In this document: positions 10,001-19,203 of the stretch, piece after piece | How the letters are laid out: every line of letters starts with the position of its first letter | How positions within the stretch are numbered: the first letter of the stretch is position 1 | DNA from: Candidatus Magasanikiibacteriota bacterium | GTDB lineage: Bacteria; Patescibacteriota; Patescibacteriia; Magasanikbacterales; GWA2-37-8 | Reading direction: 5' to 3' | NCBI GenBank assembly: GCA_016189025.1 | Contig: JACPGS010000018.1 | Span: 6,921-70,920 of the forward strand | Length of the DNA stretch: 64,000 bases | Notes under the pieces: generated by a model | What the model saw: the letters and a program-made list of their open reading frames with translations, nothing else | Told to the model about the DNA's origin: nothing | The model's database searches: none | Made by a program: the position numbers and the translations under genes

Positions 10001-11383
10001 TTATCTCCCGGCCAAACGCACTAAAATGTTAAAGGTGCGCAGCACAATGGCCAGGTCAAGCAGGAAGCTGCGATTTTTGATATAGTACAGATCGTATTGC
10101 AGCTTGAACAGATTTTCTTCCAGGGTGCCGTAGTAGGCGCGGTGCAGCTGCGCCCAGCCGGTGAGTCCGGGTTTAATCAAATGCCGCAGCTGATAATAGG
10201 GCATTTGTTTGGTCAGTTCCGCTACAAATTCTGGCCGTTCGGGGCGCGGCCCTACCAGCCCCATTTCCCCGCGCAGAATGTTAATAAATTGGGGTAGCTC
10301 ATCCAGCCGGGTGCGGCGTAAGAAGCGCCCCACGGTGGTAATACGGGTATCCCCTTGTTGTGCAAACTGCGGCCCGGCAGTTTCGGCGCTGCCGTCGGGG
10401 GCAAGCGCCCGCATCGTGCGGTATTTATACAGCATAAACGGCCGGCCGCCGCGCCCCACCCGCTCCTGGCGGAAGAAAACCGGGCCGCGCGAGGTGAGGG
10501 CAACACCCAGGGCAATTAAGGGCAGGGTGGCCAGCCATACTGCCCCCATCAGGAGCGCCACCAGATAATCCGCCAGAATCCGCAGGCGGTCGTAAACCCT
10601 TTTTTCCTGCTCTTTAAGGTGGGCGACAAAATACGATTCCGAAAAAGTAAACGCCGGGACGCGGCCAAAAATATCTTCATAGAATTTTTCCAGGCTGGCA
10701 ATGCTGGCTTGCCGGAAGAGCGCCTGATATAAATCCTTCAGCAGCAATTCGTTATTGGCTGATTCCGGGGCAATCACGATAATATTAGGATAGCGGCCGA
10801 GAGCGCTCACTAAATCAGCCAGACGTTCGGCCCGCGGGTAAGCGGCCAGCGCCGCCGGCAGCGTCTCAGCCGTAGGCAGCAGCAAGCCTGCCACGGCAAA
10901 ACCGTGCTCCGGTTGTCTAGCCAGATAGTTCACCAATTCTTCTACCTCGCCGCGATATCCGGCAAATACCAGGTTCGTTTGCCAGATAGTTCGTGCTAAG
11001 AAGCGGTTATAGACGGCGCGCCACAGGGCCAGCAGGGTCCAGCCGCTGGCGGTAATTAACGCCAAAGTGGTCTTGGGAGTAACAATGGTGCGCGGGTTGG
11101 CGTAGAAGTAAAGAACGCCGATCGCTAGCCACGTACCGCTCCCAATCAGAAGTTTTTGGAAGAAAGTCCAGGAGTTTTTGGTCCGGCCAACGTCGTAGAG
11201 TCCGGCGACGAATAAAATCACCACTGCTGCCAGGAACAACAAAGTAAGCGGACCTGCTAGTAGCGCCAAGGTTCGCTCGGGGGCGGGCCACTGCCAGTGC
11301 CGGAGAGCGACTCCCAGATAGAGTCCGGCGTAGAGGCAAACCAGGTCGCCGAAGAGCAGCGTCAGTTGTTTCAGGCGGTACAT
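10001..11383 (-). CDS. Polyprenyl glycosylphosphotransferase (WcaJ/WbaP-type initiating sugar transferase)
   Basis: N-terminal TMs; KYRTM, D.RIT.VG.FLR.T.LDELPQ, GPRPE and KPG.TGWAQ motifs. Confidence 0.92.
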   Translation of the reverse strand: MYRLKQLTLLFGDLVCLYAGLYLGVALRHWQWPAPERTLALLAGPLTLLFLAAVVILFVAGLYDVGRTKNSWTFFQKLLIGSGTWLAIGVLYFYANPRTIVTPKTTLALITASGWTLLALWRAVYNRFLARTIWQTNLVFAGYRGEVEELVNYLARQPEHGFAVAGLLLPTAETLPAALAAYPRAERLADLVSALGRYPNIIVIAPESANNELLLKDLYQALFRQASIASLEKFYEDIFGRVPAFTFSESYFVAHLKEQEKRVYDRLRILADYLVALLMGAVWLATLPLIALGVALTSRGPVFFRQERVGRGGRPFMLYKYRTMRALAPDGSAETAGPQFAQQGDTRITTVGRFLRRTRLDELPQFINILRGEMGLVGPRPERPEFVAELTKQMPYYQLRHLIKPGLTGWAQLHRAYYGTLEENLFKLQYDLYYIKNRSFLLDLAIVLRTFNILVRLAGR

Positions 11384-11477
11384 ACCCTTTAATGCTACCC
11401 TAAAGTCAGCTAAAAATCAATCCCCTTTCCCCATTGCCAATGATTTGCCAGAGTAGTATAATATCAGGGAAATTATT

Positions 11478-12506
11478 ATGCCTACCACCCCCATTTTTGA
11501 AAAAAAGAACGTGCTGGTAACCGGCGGCGCCGGGTTCCTGGGCAGCCATCTGTGCGAGGAATTGCTGGCCGAAGCCAAAGTAATCTGCGTGGATGATTTT
11601 TCCAATTCTCATCCGCATAATATTGAGCACCTGCTGCAGTATCCTGATTTTGAATTTATCAAGCACGATGTTAACCGGCCGCTGGATTTATCGGGTTTTG
11701 CCGAACTGGACAAATTCAAAGTTAAGTTCCAAGGGATTCAGGAAATTTACCACCTGGCCTGCCCCACCAGTCCGCGGCGGTTTGACGAGCAGAAGCAGCA
11801 GATTTTGCTGTCTAATTCTGCCGCGGTGATTAACACCCTGGAGCTGGCGGTAAAGCACCGCGCCCGGTATTTGTTAGCTTCCAGCGCCGTGGTGTACGGC
11901 GATGATATCGGCGAGCGGGATCGGGTGCCGGAAACTGATCTCGGTGCCGTGAACCAGCTTTCCCCGCGCGCTTGCTACGACGAGGGCAAGCGGTTTGCCG
12001 AGGCCTGTGTGGCCACTTATCGCGAGCGATTACAGATTGACGCCAAAATTGCCCGGCTGTTTACTGCCTATGGCCCGCGCCAGCGGTTGTTTGAGCATCA
12101 GCTGATTCCGGATTTTATTATCAACGCCCTGGAGGGGCGGGAGCTGGTAATTTTCGGCGATGAGCAATTTTCCACTTCGCTTTGCTATATTACCGACCTG
12201 GTGGACGGCGTGCGCCGACTGCAGGCCGCGGCGACAAACACCTGGGTAGTGAATTTGGGCGGCGAAGAGCGGGTGCGCTACCGCGCGGTAGCCGAAATCA
12301 TTAAAAAAATGACCGGCTCCCAATCGGCGATAGTGTTCAAAGAGCCGCTTACTTTTTTGACCCGCAAAGGCACGCCGGACATTACCCGCGCCAAAGAAGA
12401 GTTGGGTTGGTTCCCTCTGGTCAGGCTGGAAGACGGCCTGCGCAAGACCATTGATTATGTATTAGCGCACAAAGAAGCATTGCTGATTAACAATCGGAAT
12501 ACTTAA
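11478..12506 (+). CDS. NAD-dependent epimerase/dehydratase (UDP-glucuronate decarboxylase-like)
   Basis: VTGGAGFLGSHL, IYHLACP.SP and R.CYDEGKR.AE motifs. Confidence 0.88.
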   Translation: MPTTPIFEKKNVLVTGGAGFLGSHLCEELLAEAKVICVDDFSNSHPHNIEHLLQYPDFEFIKHDVNRPLDLSGFAELDKFKVKFQGIQEIYHLACPTSPRRFDEQKQQILLSNSAAVINTLELAVKHRARYLLASSAVVYGDDIGERDRVPETDLGAVNQLSPRACYDEGKRFAEACVATYRERLQIDAKIARLFTAYGPRQRLFEHQLIPDFIINALEGRELVIFGDEQFSTSLCYITDLVDGVRRLQAAATNTWVVNLGGEERVRYRAVAEIIKKMTGSQSAIVFKEPLTFLTRKGTPDITRAKEELGWFPLVRLEDGLRKTIDYVLAHKEALLINNRNT

Positions 12507-12575
12507 TCCTTGCGTTGAATTGCGAAATTGCCCTCTTCTGGTCGCTCGGTCGTGGTATACATTCTTGGCAATGTT

Positions 12576-13268
12576 ATGCACCTGGTCATCATTGTGCCAG
12601 CCTATAACGAAACTCAACACCTTGGTCGCGTCTGTCGCGGCCTTTTTGAACAAAACTCAAGATTAACTGAATTAGGGTTTAAGAGAATTACGACAGTAGT
12701 GGTGGATGATGGCTCCACTGATGCCACCGCCGAGATTGCCCGGTGCGAGGGCGCGGTGGTAATCCGACATCCGCTTAACCGCGGGCAGGGGGCGGCCTTG
12801 GAAACCGGCGATGAATATGCGCGCGTTATTGGCGCGGATGTAGCGGTGCATTTTGACGCGGACGGCCAGTTTAATCCGGGGGATGTGGCGCCGGCGGTGC
12901 AAGCGCTGTTAACGTCAGGGAAAGAGGTAATTTTGGGCTCGCGTTGGTTAGGCCGCCCGGCGCGGGGGGTTCCCTTCGTTAAGCGTATTTTATTGCGCAC
13001 CGTCGGCCGCTGGTTTACTTATCTGCAGACCGGCGTTTGGCTGACGGATTTTCATAACGGCTTTCGCGTGTTTAACCGGCGGGCGCTCTCGCTCATCCGG
13101 CTGACCCACGACGGCATGGCGCATAATGCGGAAATTATCGCCGCGCTCCGGCGCCACCGGCTGACTTTTGCCGAATGGCCGGTGGAGGTTACTTACCACG
13201 AATACGGCCAGGGCGTGCGCGGCGGCGCCAAAATTTTTTGGGATTTATTGTGGGAAAATTTTCGTTAG
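12576..13268 (+). CDS. GT2 glycosyltransferase (DPM1-like polyprenol-phosphate glycosyltransferase)
   Basis: VPAYNE, VVDDGSTD, N.GQG.AL.TG, FDADGQ and TD..NGFR motifs; ATG at 12576. Confidence 0.9.
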   Translation: MHLVIIVPAYNETQHLGRVCRGLFEQNSRLTELGFKRITTVVVDDGSTDATAEIARCEGAVVIRHPLNRGQGAALETGDEYARVIGADVAVHFDADGQFNPGDVAPAVQALLTSGKEVILGSRWLGRPARGVPFVKRILLRTVGRWFTYLQTGVWLTDFHNGFRVFNRRALSLIRLTHDGMAHNAEIIAALRRHRLTFAEWPVEVTYHEYGQGVRGGAKIFWDLLWENFR

Positions 13269-13271
13269 TGT

Positions 13272-13628
13272 ATGTTGCTGATCCAAATTCTGTTAGTGGC
13301 GTTTTTTCTCTACGCCATCTATAAGGCAGGGGCGCGGCGGCGGGCCGGCGATTTGACTGCGCCGGGCGCGGTTTTTTGGCTGGTGTTTTGGACCGCCGGG
13401 ATTGCAGTAGTAATCTTCCCGGTGCCGATTACCTTTTATTTTGCCCGGCGGTTGGGCGTGGGGCGGGGCGCTGACCTGGTAGTGTATGCGGCTTTGGCGC
13501 TGTTATTTTTTTTGGTATTTAATCTGATGGTGCGGAGCGAGCGGCTGAACCGCGAAGTTACTAAACTGACCAGAACCATTGCCCTGGCGGAGGCCTTAAA
13601 GAAAAAAGAAGAAGACGTAAATCTGTGA
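13272..13628 (+). CDS. DUF2304-like membrane protein
   Basis: Three TMs, A..LGVGRG.D motif, typical partner of the GT2 upstream. Confidence 0.75.
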   Translation: MLLIQILLVAFFLYAIYKAGARRRAGDLTAPGAVFWLVFWTAGIAVVIFPVPITFYFARRLGVGRGADLVVYAALALLFFLVFNLMVRSERLNREVTKLTRTIALAEALKKKEEDVNL

Positions 13629-14764
13629 AGATTGCTCATGTAGTCGGCACTTTTCCGCCGCATCCGGGCGGCATGGGGCAGGTGGCGCTAGATGAGTGCC
13701 GGGAATTAGCAGCGCGCGGGCATCACGTTACGGTATTTACCATGCGCTATCCCGGCGCCAGTTATCAGCTGTCCTCCGGAGAGCCGTTTTCCGTAGTGCG
13801 GCTTCATCCCTGGCTTAAAGCGGGCGATGCGGGCGCGGTGCCGCAACTGTTATTCCGTTTGGCCGGGTTTGATCTGGTTCATCTCCATTATCCCTGGTAC
13901 GGCGGGGCCGAGTGGGTGTGGCTCGCTAAATGGTTGCGCCGGCAGCGCTATTTGGTTACTTATCATTTGTCGGCGCAGCCGGTAGGCTGGTTTAAGCGGG
14001 CGGTGCAAATAGGGTATGATTTAATTTGGGCGCGGACAATTTTAGGCAACGCGGAAAAATTATTAGTGGTAGACCAAGAATACTTTGCCAACTCTCCCTG
14101 GGGTTTAGCGTCTTGGCCGGCAAAAATTGTGGAATTGCCTAATGGCGTGGATACCGCGGTGTTTCAGCCGGCTAGCCGGACTGTGTCAGCCGAGAAGGGG
14201 GAGCGGACCATTTTATTTGTCGGCAATCTGATGCCGGTGAAGCGATTGGATTTATTGCTTTTAGCAATGCGGCAGTTGTCGCCGGATAACGTCAAATTAG
14301 TGGTGGTAGGCGGCGGGTATGATGAGAAGAAGTATCAAAAATTGACGGCAGACTACGGATTACAGACCGCCGTTCAATTTGCGGGGCGGTGTGATGACCG
14401 GGAAAAGCTCGCCGAATATTATCAGCAGGCGACTTGTCTAGTGGTGCCATCCGAGGCCGAATCATTTTCGTTAGTGGCGCTGGAGGCCATGGCCTGCGGC
14501 TGCCCGGTAATTGCCGCGGATATTCCCGGCCTGCGCGCTCGAATTATCGCGGGTCAAGATGGTTTTTTGTTCACCCCCGGCTCGGTGGCCGATTTAGTTG
14601 CCAAAATTAAATTGCTGTTAAGTTTAAGCGCCGCCGAGCGGCGGCAAATGGGAGAGCGCGGCCGGCAAAAAGTTTTGGCACAATACAGTTTAGAGCAGCA
14701 CGTTAACAGGCTAGAGGAAGTTTATCATCTGTTTCTTCAAACTGGGAAATCTGAATCGATTTAA
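13625..14764 (+). CDS. GT4 (GT-B) glycosyltransferase
   Basis: GG, G..VTV, PNGVD, FVG....K and E.F.LV.LEAMA.G.PV motifs. Confidence 0.92.
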   Translation: MKIAHVVGTFPPHPGGMGQVALDECRELAARGHHVTVFTMRYPGASYQLSSGEPFSVVRLHPWLKAGDAGAVPQLLFRLAGFDLVHLHYPWYGGAEWVWLAKWLRRQRYLVTYHLSAQPVGWFKRAVQIGYDLIWARTILGNAEKLLVVDQEYFANSPWGLASWPAKIVELPNGVDTAVFQPASRTVSAEKGERTILFVGNLMPVKRLDLLLLAMRQLSPDNVKLVVVGGGYDEKKYQKLTADYGLQTAVQFAGRCDDREKLAEYYQQATCLVVPSEAESFSLVALEAMACGCPVIAADIPGLRARIIAGQDGFLFTPGSVADLVAKIKLLLSLSAAERRQMGERGRQKVLAQYSLEQHVNRLEEVYHLFLQTGKSESI

Positions 14765-14774
14765 ATTACGCAAC

Positions 14775-14862
14775 GAGCGAGGGAGTGGTAGACGGGTTCC
14801 CTACGCGCGCACCCCCGCGTAGGCGGGGGGAGCACGGAGGGTGTCTACCACGACCGAGCGAC
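14775..14862 (-). repeat. Dispersed structured repeat family A
   Basis: Reverse complement of GTCGCTCGGTCGTGGTAGACACCCTCCGTGCTC-[hairpin]-GCGCGCGTAGGGAACCCGTCTACCACTCCCTCGCTC. Confidence 0.88.
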
Positions 14863-14881
14863 TATGCCATAGTTAAATACT

Positions 14882-15700
14882 GTGTTTGATTACGAGCAAT
14901 CTATCTGGGGCCGGGGAGAGGCGAGCAAGCGGTGGAGCGATCCGACGAGTTTCCGTCTGCGGCAGGCTTTGGCGGCCTTGCGCCGTCTCCCGGCCGGTTC
15001 CTTGGTGCTGGAGGTCGGGTGCGGAGCAGGGCAATTTATCCGGGCGATTAAGCAGGCGCGGCCGGAGTTAAATTGCCACGGCTCTGATATCAGCCAGGCC
15101 GCTATTACCCGGGCGCAAGAACAGCGGGATGGCGCTAGTTATGCTGTCAGCGCGCCTTACCAGCTGCCGCACCCGAGCGCCACTTTTGACGCCATAGTGT
15201 TTTTTGACGTGTTGGAGCACGTAGACAATCCGGCGCGGCTGCTGCAGGAAATCAGGCGGGTCCTTAAACCATCAGGCCTTCTCTACGGATTTGTTCCGTG
15301 CGAGGGCGACTGGACATCGCTGTGGTACTGGTTGGATAAATTCCAGCTAAAAAAAGATTTGACCAAAAAGTACGCCGGTCATCTGCAGTATTTTTCCCGC
15401 GCGGCGCTCCGGCAACTGTTAGCCGATAACGGTTGGCGCATTATCCGGCGCCGCTACAGCGAACATTTAGTAGGACAACTGGCAGGAGTAATAACATTTT
15501 TTTTAATGAATCGCCTGGCGAAACAGCAGGGCCTGGCGCAATTGAACAACGAACAATTTTTTGCTCCCGTAGGCAGTGGTTCTGCTTTCAGCCGATTTAA
15601 GCGCCTAGCCAATGTCATCATTTTTTGCGAATCCAGTTTATTACGTTTCCTCCCCTCGCCCAATGTTCATTTGGCAGCAGTGAAACAAAAATCCGCGTAA
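14882..15700 (+). CDS. Class I SAM-dependent methyltransferase
   Basis: VLEVGCGAG, FD.I...DVLEHV and R.LKP.G motifs. Confidence 0.88.
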   Translation: MFDYEQSIWGRGEASKRWSDPTSFRLRQALAALRRLPAGSLVLEVGCGAGQFIRAIKQARPELNCHGSDISQAAITRAQEQRDGASYAVSAPYQLPHPSATFDAIVFFDVLEHVDNPARLLQEIRRVLKPSGLLYGFVPCEGDWTSLWYWLDKFQLKKDLTKKYAGHLQYFSRAALRQLLADNGWRIIRRRYSEHLVGQLAGVITFFLMNRLAKQQGLAQLNNEQFFAPVGSGSAFSRFKRLANVIIFCESSLLRFLPSPNVHLAAVKQKSA

Positions 15701-15727
15701 TTCTCAATAATCTGGGTAATCCGTGTT

Positions 15728-16363
15728 ATGAAAGTGCTCCACCTCATTCCCGCGGCGTTTGATTATTTTGCCGATATTGAAGCCGGCGCTTTCCGCCTGG
15801 TAGAAGAGCTGTCCAAATTGGGAGTGGGAGCCGAGGCGTTTACCGTGCAGTTTGCCAAACCGCCGCGCGAGGTGACGCGGGAAAAAGCGCCGCCCGGGCT
15901 GCCGCCGCCGCACTACCGGGGCGCCGTTACCGTGTCGGAAGTAGAAACTCGGTTGGCAGAATTTGATCTGCTGCATGTCCATACTCCGCTCTTCGGCGCG
16001 GCCGGCCGGGTACTGCGCTGGCAGCAGCAGCACCCCCAGTTGCCGCTAGTGGTTACTTGGCACCGGGCACTGCCTACGCCGGATGCTTTTGCCCTGCTGA
16101 TTAAAATCTATAATCTGTATTATTTGCCTAAACTTTTTGCCGCCGCAGCGGTAATCGCCTGCCCCTCGCGCCAAGTATTTGGTAATTACTTTTGGCAGCG
16201 CGCCGGGCGTTATCAAAATAAAATCCAGGAAATTAACGAAACGCCGCCCTTTGGGGTGGGGGAACCAGAAGCCGAGAGCGAGTTGCCTTTGGCGGGACCG
16301 GAGCGACTGGCGTATCGGTACTTTTTGGTGTATACTGATTTAGTGGAAAAAGGTCAGCAATGA
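15728..16363 (+). CDS. GT4-like protein, N-terminal domain only
   Basis: MKVLHL, FDLLHVH.P and V.T.H; no C-terminal EX7E domain. Confidence 0.55.
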   Translation: MKVLHLIPAAFDYFADIEAGAFRLVEELSKLGVGAEAFTVQFAKPPREVTREKAPPGLPPPHYRGAVTVSEVETRLAEFDLLHVHTPLFGAAGRVLRWQQQHPQLPLVVTWHRALPTPDAFALLIKIYNLYYLPKLFAAAAVIACPSRQVFGNYFWQRAGRYQNKIQEINETPPFGVGEPEAESELPLAGPERLAYRYFLVYTDLVEKGQQ

Positions 16364-16390
16364 ATCCCGATTAGGAAATACATTATTTGA

Positions 16391-16517
16391 CTGGTCGCTG
16401 TCGCTAGTGCTTAAAATCCGCTGGGTCGGTCGCGGCAGACACTCTTTGGGTGCTCTCCCGACTTGAGATCGGGATGCGCGCCCAAAGACACTCGTCTGCC
16501 GCGCCCTGATTCTAACT
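16391..16517 (+). repeat. Dispersed structured repeat family B
   Basis: GGTCGCTGTCGCTA...GGTCGCGGCAGACACTCTTTGGGTGCTC-[hairpin]-GCGCGCCCAAAGACACTCGTCTGCCGCGCCCTGAT. Confidence 0.88.
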
Positions 16518-16570
16518 AGTTAAGCCTCTTTATATGGTTTTTAACCGTTAATTCTTGTTAATCACGGTAT

Positions 16571-16879
16571 ATGGGTCGCTTTAAAAAAGGTCTATTTTTA
16601 GGGGGGCTGTTGGGAGCGGCGTTGATGTGGCTGAACGCCACCCCGCGGGGCAAGGAAATGCGGGCCAAACTCCTGCTCCATCTGGAGCCGCTCTACAACG
16701 AGCTAAAGGAGAGCGTGAAAAAACTGGAGGGGCCCACCCGCGAGATGTACGAAGCGCTGGTGGAGCGCGCCGTGGAAGAATATGCCGAGCGCCGCGCCTT
16801 GGCGGCCGAGTTCAAGCAGATGCTAGCGCGGGAGCTGAAGAAGAAGTGGGTAGAGCTGGAGCGGGAGCTGCGGAAGTAG
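16571..16879 (+). CDS. YtxH-like protein
   Basis: F.KGL.LGGLLGAA......P..GKE.R followed by a coiled coil. Confidence 0.65.
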   Translation: MGRFKKGLFLGGLLGAALMWLNATPRGKEMRAKLLLHLEPLYNELKESVKKLEGPTREMYEALVERAVEEYAERRALAAEFKQMLARELKKKWVELERELRK

Positions 16880-18656
16880 GCGAGGGAGTTAACGCTAGAT
16901 CGCGCACTAACAGCTCCAGTTCGCGGTTGCCGTTCCATTCATTGACGCCGACAGAAAAGACCAGGTCAATGGTAACTCCGGGCCGTAAAATTGTTTTCCA
17001 GTCGCGGGGGTGCTTGGCAGTATCGCCGAACCCGAAGGCGATGGTTTTGCGCACTACGCTGGAGCGGTGCGATACCATAATGCGCAAATGTTTGCCGTCG
17101 CTGCCTACCGGCTCCCTGCCTTTAACCGTCAGGCCGCGGGCGGCGTACACCGGTTCCGGGTTGCCCACGCCGAAGGGGGCGAATTTTTCCAGTAAGTCAG
17201 CCAGTTTCCAGTTAATGTCGTCGAGGTCAACCTCGGCGTCAATTTTTAATTGCGGCGTTAAATCTAGTTCCATTTCCCGAGCGGCCACCGCGGCGCGCAG
17301 GCGCTGCCGCAGCTCGCCGAGGACTGTTTCGTCGGTCAGAGTAAAACCGCAGGCCTGGGGATGTCCGCCGAATTTAGTAAACAGCTCCGGCATGGTTTGG
17401 AGCGTGGCGATCAGATTAAAACCAGGGACGCTGCGACCCGAACCATTCAGCCCGTTGGCCGTGCGGCTGACGACGACTGTCGGTTTGCCGAATTCTTCGC
17501 GGATTTTTCCGGCAATCAGGCCTAAGAGTCCAGTCGGCCATTGGTCGCCGACCACGCAAATCAGCGGCTCCTCTTCCTGCGCTTCTTTTACCACCTGGTA
17601 GCGGGCGGCGGTTACCAGTTTATCGGTTAGGCGCTGGCGGTCGCTGTTATTTTTTTCCAGTTGGGCGGCCAGACGCTCGGCCTCGGCGGCAGTATCCGCC
17701 ATTAGCAGAGCATAGGCAACGTTGGCATGATCCATGCGCCCGGCGGCATTAATCCGGGGAGCGATTTTATAGGCAATGGTATCGGCGGTAAAAGAGCCGC
17801 GGCGCGGCCGCCCCTGTTCATCGGTTAAACCGGCGGAAGCCAGCAAGGCGCGCAGGCCGAGGTTCTGGGTTTTCCCCAGCACTACCAGCCCGTAGCGGGC
17901 CAGGGTGCGCGATTCGCCAAGGAGAGGCACCATATCGGCGACCGTAGAAATGGCCACCCGATCCAGCAGCCATTTTTCCCAGCCTTCCTGGGTTTGGCCG
18001 TGGGGCAGAGCCGGATTTTGTTCCCGGTGTTTTTTCAGCAGTGCCTGCGCCAGTTTAAATGCCACCCCGCCGCCGGAGAGCGTTTTATCAGGATAGCGTT
18101 CGCCGGGGCGTAGCGGGTGGAGGATGGCGTCGGCCGGCGGGAGTTCTGGCGGCAGCGTGTGATGGTCAGTAACAATTACCTGCATTCCCAGTTCTTTAGC
18201 GCGGTTAATTTCTTCCCGGTTGCTGATGCCGCAATCGCAGGTAATAATCAGGCGGGCGCCTTGCTGGTGCAGGTAGTCAATAGTTTTTAAGTTAAGCCCG
18301 TAGCCGTCTCGTTCGCGGTGGGGGATAAAAACATCAGCCCTGGCCCCCAGTTCCCGCAGGGTAGATACTAAAAGGGCGGCGGCGCAGACGCCGTCCGCAT
18401 CGTAATCGCCGTGCACGATAATCAATCGCTCCTGCCCGATGCAGTCAAAAATAATTGCCACGGCCCGCGCCATGTCGTTAAACAAAAACGGGTCGGGAAC
18501 ATCCTGCGAATAATCCGGGTTGAGGAATTCGTCAATTGCTTCCTGGGTGGTGAGGCCGCGGTTATAGAGCAGCTGGGCAACCAGCGGGGGGAGTTCCGGG
18601 TGGTTGGCCAAAAATGCCGGCGGCGCCGGCAGGGAAACCAGCCATGGTGAGGGCAC
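16812..18656 (-). CDS. recJ: Single-stranded DNA exonuclease RecJ
   Basis: GDYDADG, P.R..DGYG, DCG, TDHH, PRINAAGR, GS.RS, GGH..A.G and PFG.GN motifs. Confidence 0.96.
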   Translation of the reverse strand: MPSPWLVSLPAPPAFLANHPELPPLVAQLLYNRGLTTQEAIDEFLNPDYSQDVPDPFLFNDMARAVAIIFDCIGQERLIIVHGDYDADGVCAAALLVSTLRELGARADVFIPHRERDGYGLNLKTIDYLHQQGARLIITCDCGISNREEINRAKELGMQVIVTDHHTLPPELPPADAILHPLRPGERYPDKTLSGGGVAFKLAQALLKKHREQNPALPHGQTQEGWEKWLLDRVAISTVADMVPLLGESRTLARYGLVVLGKTQNLGLRALLASAGLTDEQGRPRRGSFTADTIAYKIAPRINAAGRMDHANVAYALLMADTAAEAERLAAQLEKNNSDRQRLTDKLVTAARYQVVKEAQEEEPLICVVGDQWPTGLLGLIAGKIREEFGKPTVVVSRTANGLNGSGRSVPGFNLIATLQTMPELFTKFGGHPQACGFTLTDETVLGELRQRLRAAVAAREMELDLTPQLKIDAEVDLDDINWKLADLLEKFAPFGVGNPEPVYAARGLTVKGREPVGSDGKHLRIMVSHRSSVVRKTIAFGFGDTAKHPRDWKTILRPGVTIDLVFSVGVNEWNGNRELELLVRDLALTPSPTSAAPAPALPTSSSAPALASA

Positions 18657-18671
18657 AGATTTTGAGATAAA

Positions 18672-18770
18672 TTAATACTGCAACGCCGGCAGGATAGTGA
18701 AGAACAGCATCGCCAGAATGCCGATAATCGCCACCAGCACCCAGAGGGATTTAATGGTTTTGTGCTTCAT
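18672..18770 (-). CDS. Small single-TM protein, 32 aa (MKHKTIKSLWVLVAIIGILAMLFFTILPALQY)
   Basis: Hand-translated; basic N-terminus plus hydrophobic helix; fills the gap upstream of recJ. Confidence 0.65.
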   Translation of the reverse strand: MKHKTIKSLWVLVAIIGILAMLFFTILPALQY

Positions 18771-18787
18771 AACACAGATTACGCAGA

Positions 18788-19180
18788 TTATTTATGATAG
18801 TAAACAACTCTTTGAAATTCAAGACTTGGGTTACCGAAGTTAAGAATTAATCCAACCTCGATGCCGGAAGCTTTTAAATAGGATATTAACTGAGCCTGAA
18901 ATATCTTTGGCATTTTTCCAGCGATCGCTTTAGTTTCAATAATGACTTTTTTGTTTACAATTAAGTCGGTTCTGAAATTTCCGATTTTGATCTTTTTCCA
19001 ATATACTATAAATGGTTTTTCAATTTCGATGTCATAGTTCATTTCCTTGGGTGATAGTATTATGCCTTTCTGGTAAATATTTTCTTTGAATCCAGGTCCT
19101 AACTCACGATGCAGCCTCATGGCAGCTCCAATGATACCCTCGGTTAAGCTTCCTTCTTTGAACATAATCTGCGAAATCAT
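18788..19180 (-). CDS. GxxExxY protein (PD-(D/E)xK nuclease-like)
   Basis: H.ELGPGFKENIY, D.IV..KVI.E.K, Q..SYLK and G..LNF motifs; AT-rich relative to neighbours. Confidence 0.88.
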   Translation of the reverse strand: MISQIMFKEGSLTEGIIGAAMRLHRELGPGFKENIYQKGIILSPKEMNYDIEIEKPFIVYWKKIKIGNFRTDLIVNKKVIIETKAIAGKMPKIFQAQLISYLKASGIEVGLILNFGNPSLEFQRVVYYHK

Positions 19181-19203
19181 GCATCACGTCTGCGTAATCT
19201 GTA

